Part shown: one piece after another, positions 63,959-64,000 of the stretch
Numbering within the stretch: the first letter of the stretch is position 1
Layout: each line of letters starts with the position of its first letter
DNA from: a virus
Lineage: Duplodnaviria > Caudoviricetes
IMG/VR virus record: IMGVR_UViG_3300028805_000055
Coordinates: 89,680-153,679 of that record
Length of the DNA: 64,000 bases
Reading direction: 5' to 3' (one strand)
Position numbers and translations under genes: made by a program
The notes under the pieces: model-generated
Database searches by the model: none
What the model was told of the DNA's origin: nothing
What the model saw: only the letters and a program-made list of their open reading frames with translations

Positions 63959-63969
63959 ATATGAAAATG

Positions 63970-64000
63970 TGCTTCCACAGGGAGTCGAACCCTGCTATTC
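63970..64000 (-). tRNA. 3' part of a tRNA cut by window edge
   Basis: CAGGG-TTCGACT-CCCTG-TGGAAGC-A. Confidence 0.7.

Noticed and set aside
1-64000. Genome-wide TAG recoding (code 15)
   Set aside because: Long ORFs are intact in code 11 and TAG ends several well-defined genes

Overview
Segment of a large lytic-type (jumbo/huge) phage genome, inferred to infect Bacteroidota (Prevotella-like). Basis: about 100 tightly packed, mostly hypothetical ORFs, all but one on the - strand; 24 copies of the Bacteroidota housekeeping promoter (TTTG -33 / TAnnTTTG -7); no Shine-Dalgarno sites; a tmRNA with a Bacteroidota-type tag. No structural or replication genes are visible, so this looks like an early/host-takeover region. 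Recognisable enzymes cover NAD salvage and ADP-ribose reversal (PncA, PncB, NadD, NadM-like, NADAR, PARG-like, Nudix), tRNA maintenance (CCA-adding enzyme, two RNA ligases, Pth2-like, YqeY), CoaD, DHFR, EndoV, peptidases and four homing endonucleases. The last 18 kb holds an unusual RNA repertoire. (i) Five covarying ~110-nt tRNA-shaped RNAs lack an anticodon loop and carry an invariant module in place of the D-loop. (ii) Eight tRNAs in the window (one at 17.5 kb) have long variable arms but anticodons not normally on that scaffold, including an amber suppressor. (iii) A leader ORF with two in-frame TAG codons precedes the Pth2-like operon. (iv) Five 'ACAGCA' tRNA-mimic elements follow tRNA genes. 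(v) There is also a circularly permuted, Y-RNA-like tRNA mimic, tRNAs with anticodon-loop insertions, and a ~860-nt GOLLD-like RNA. All RNA structures were folded by eye and protein calls rest on recognised motifs; no searches were run.
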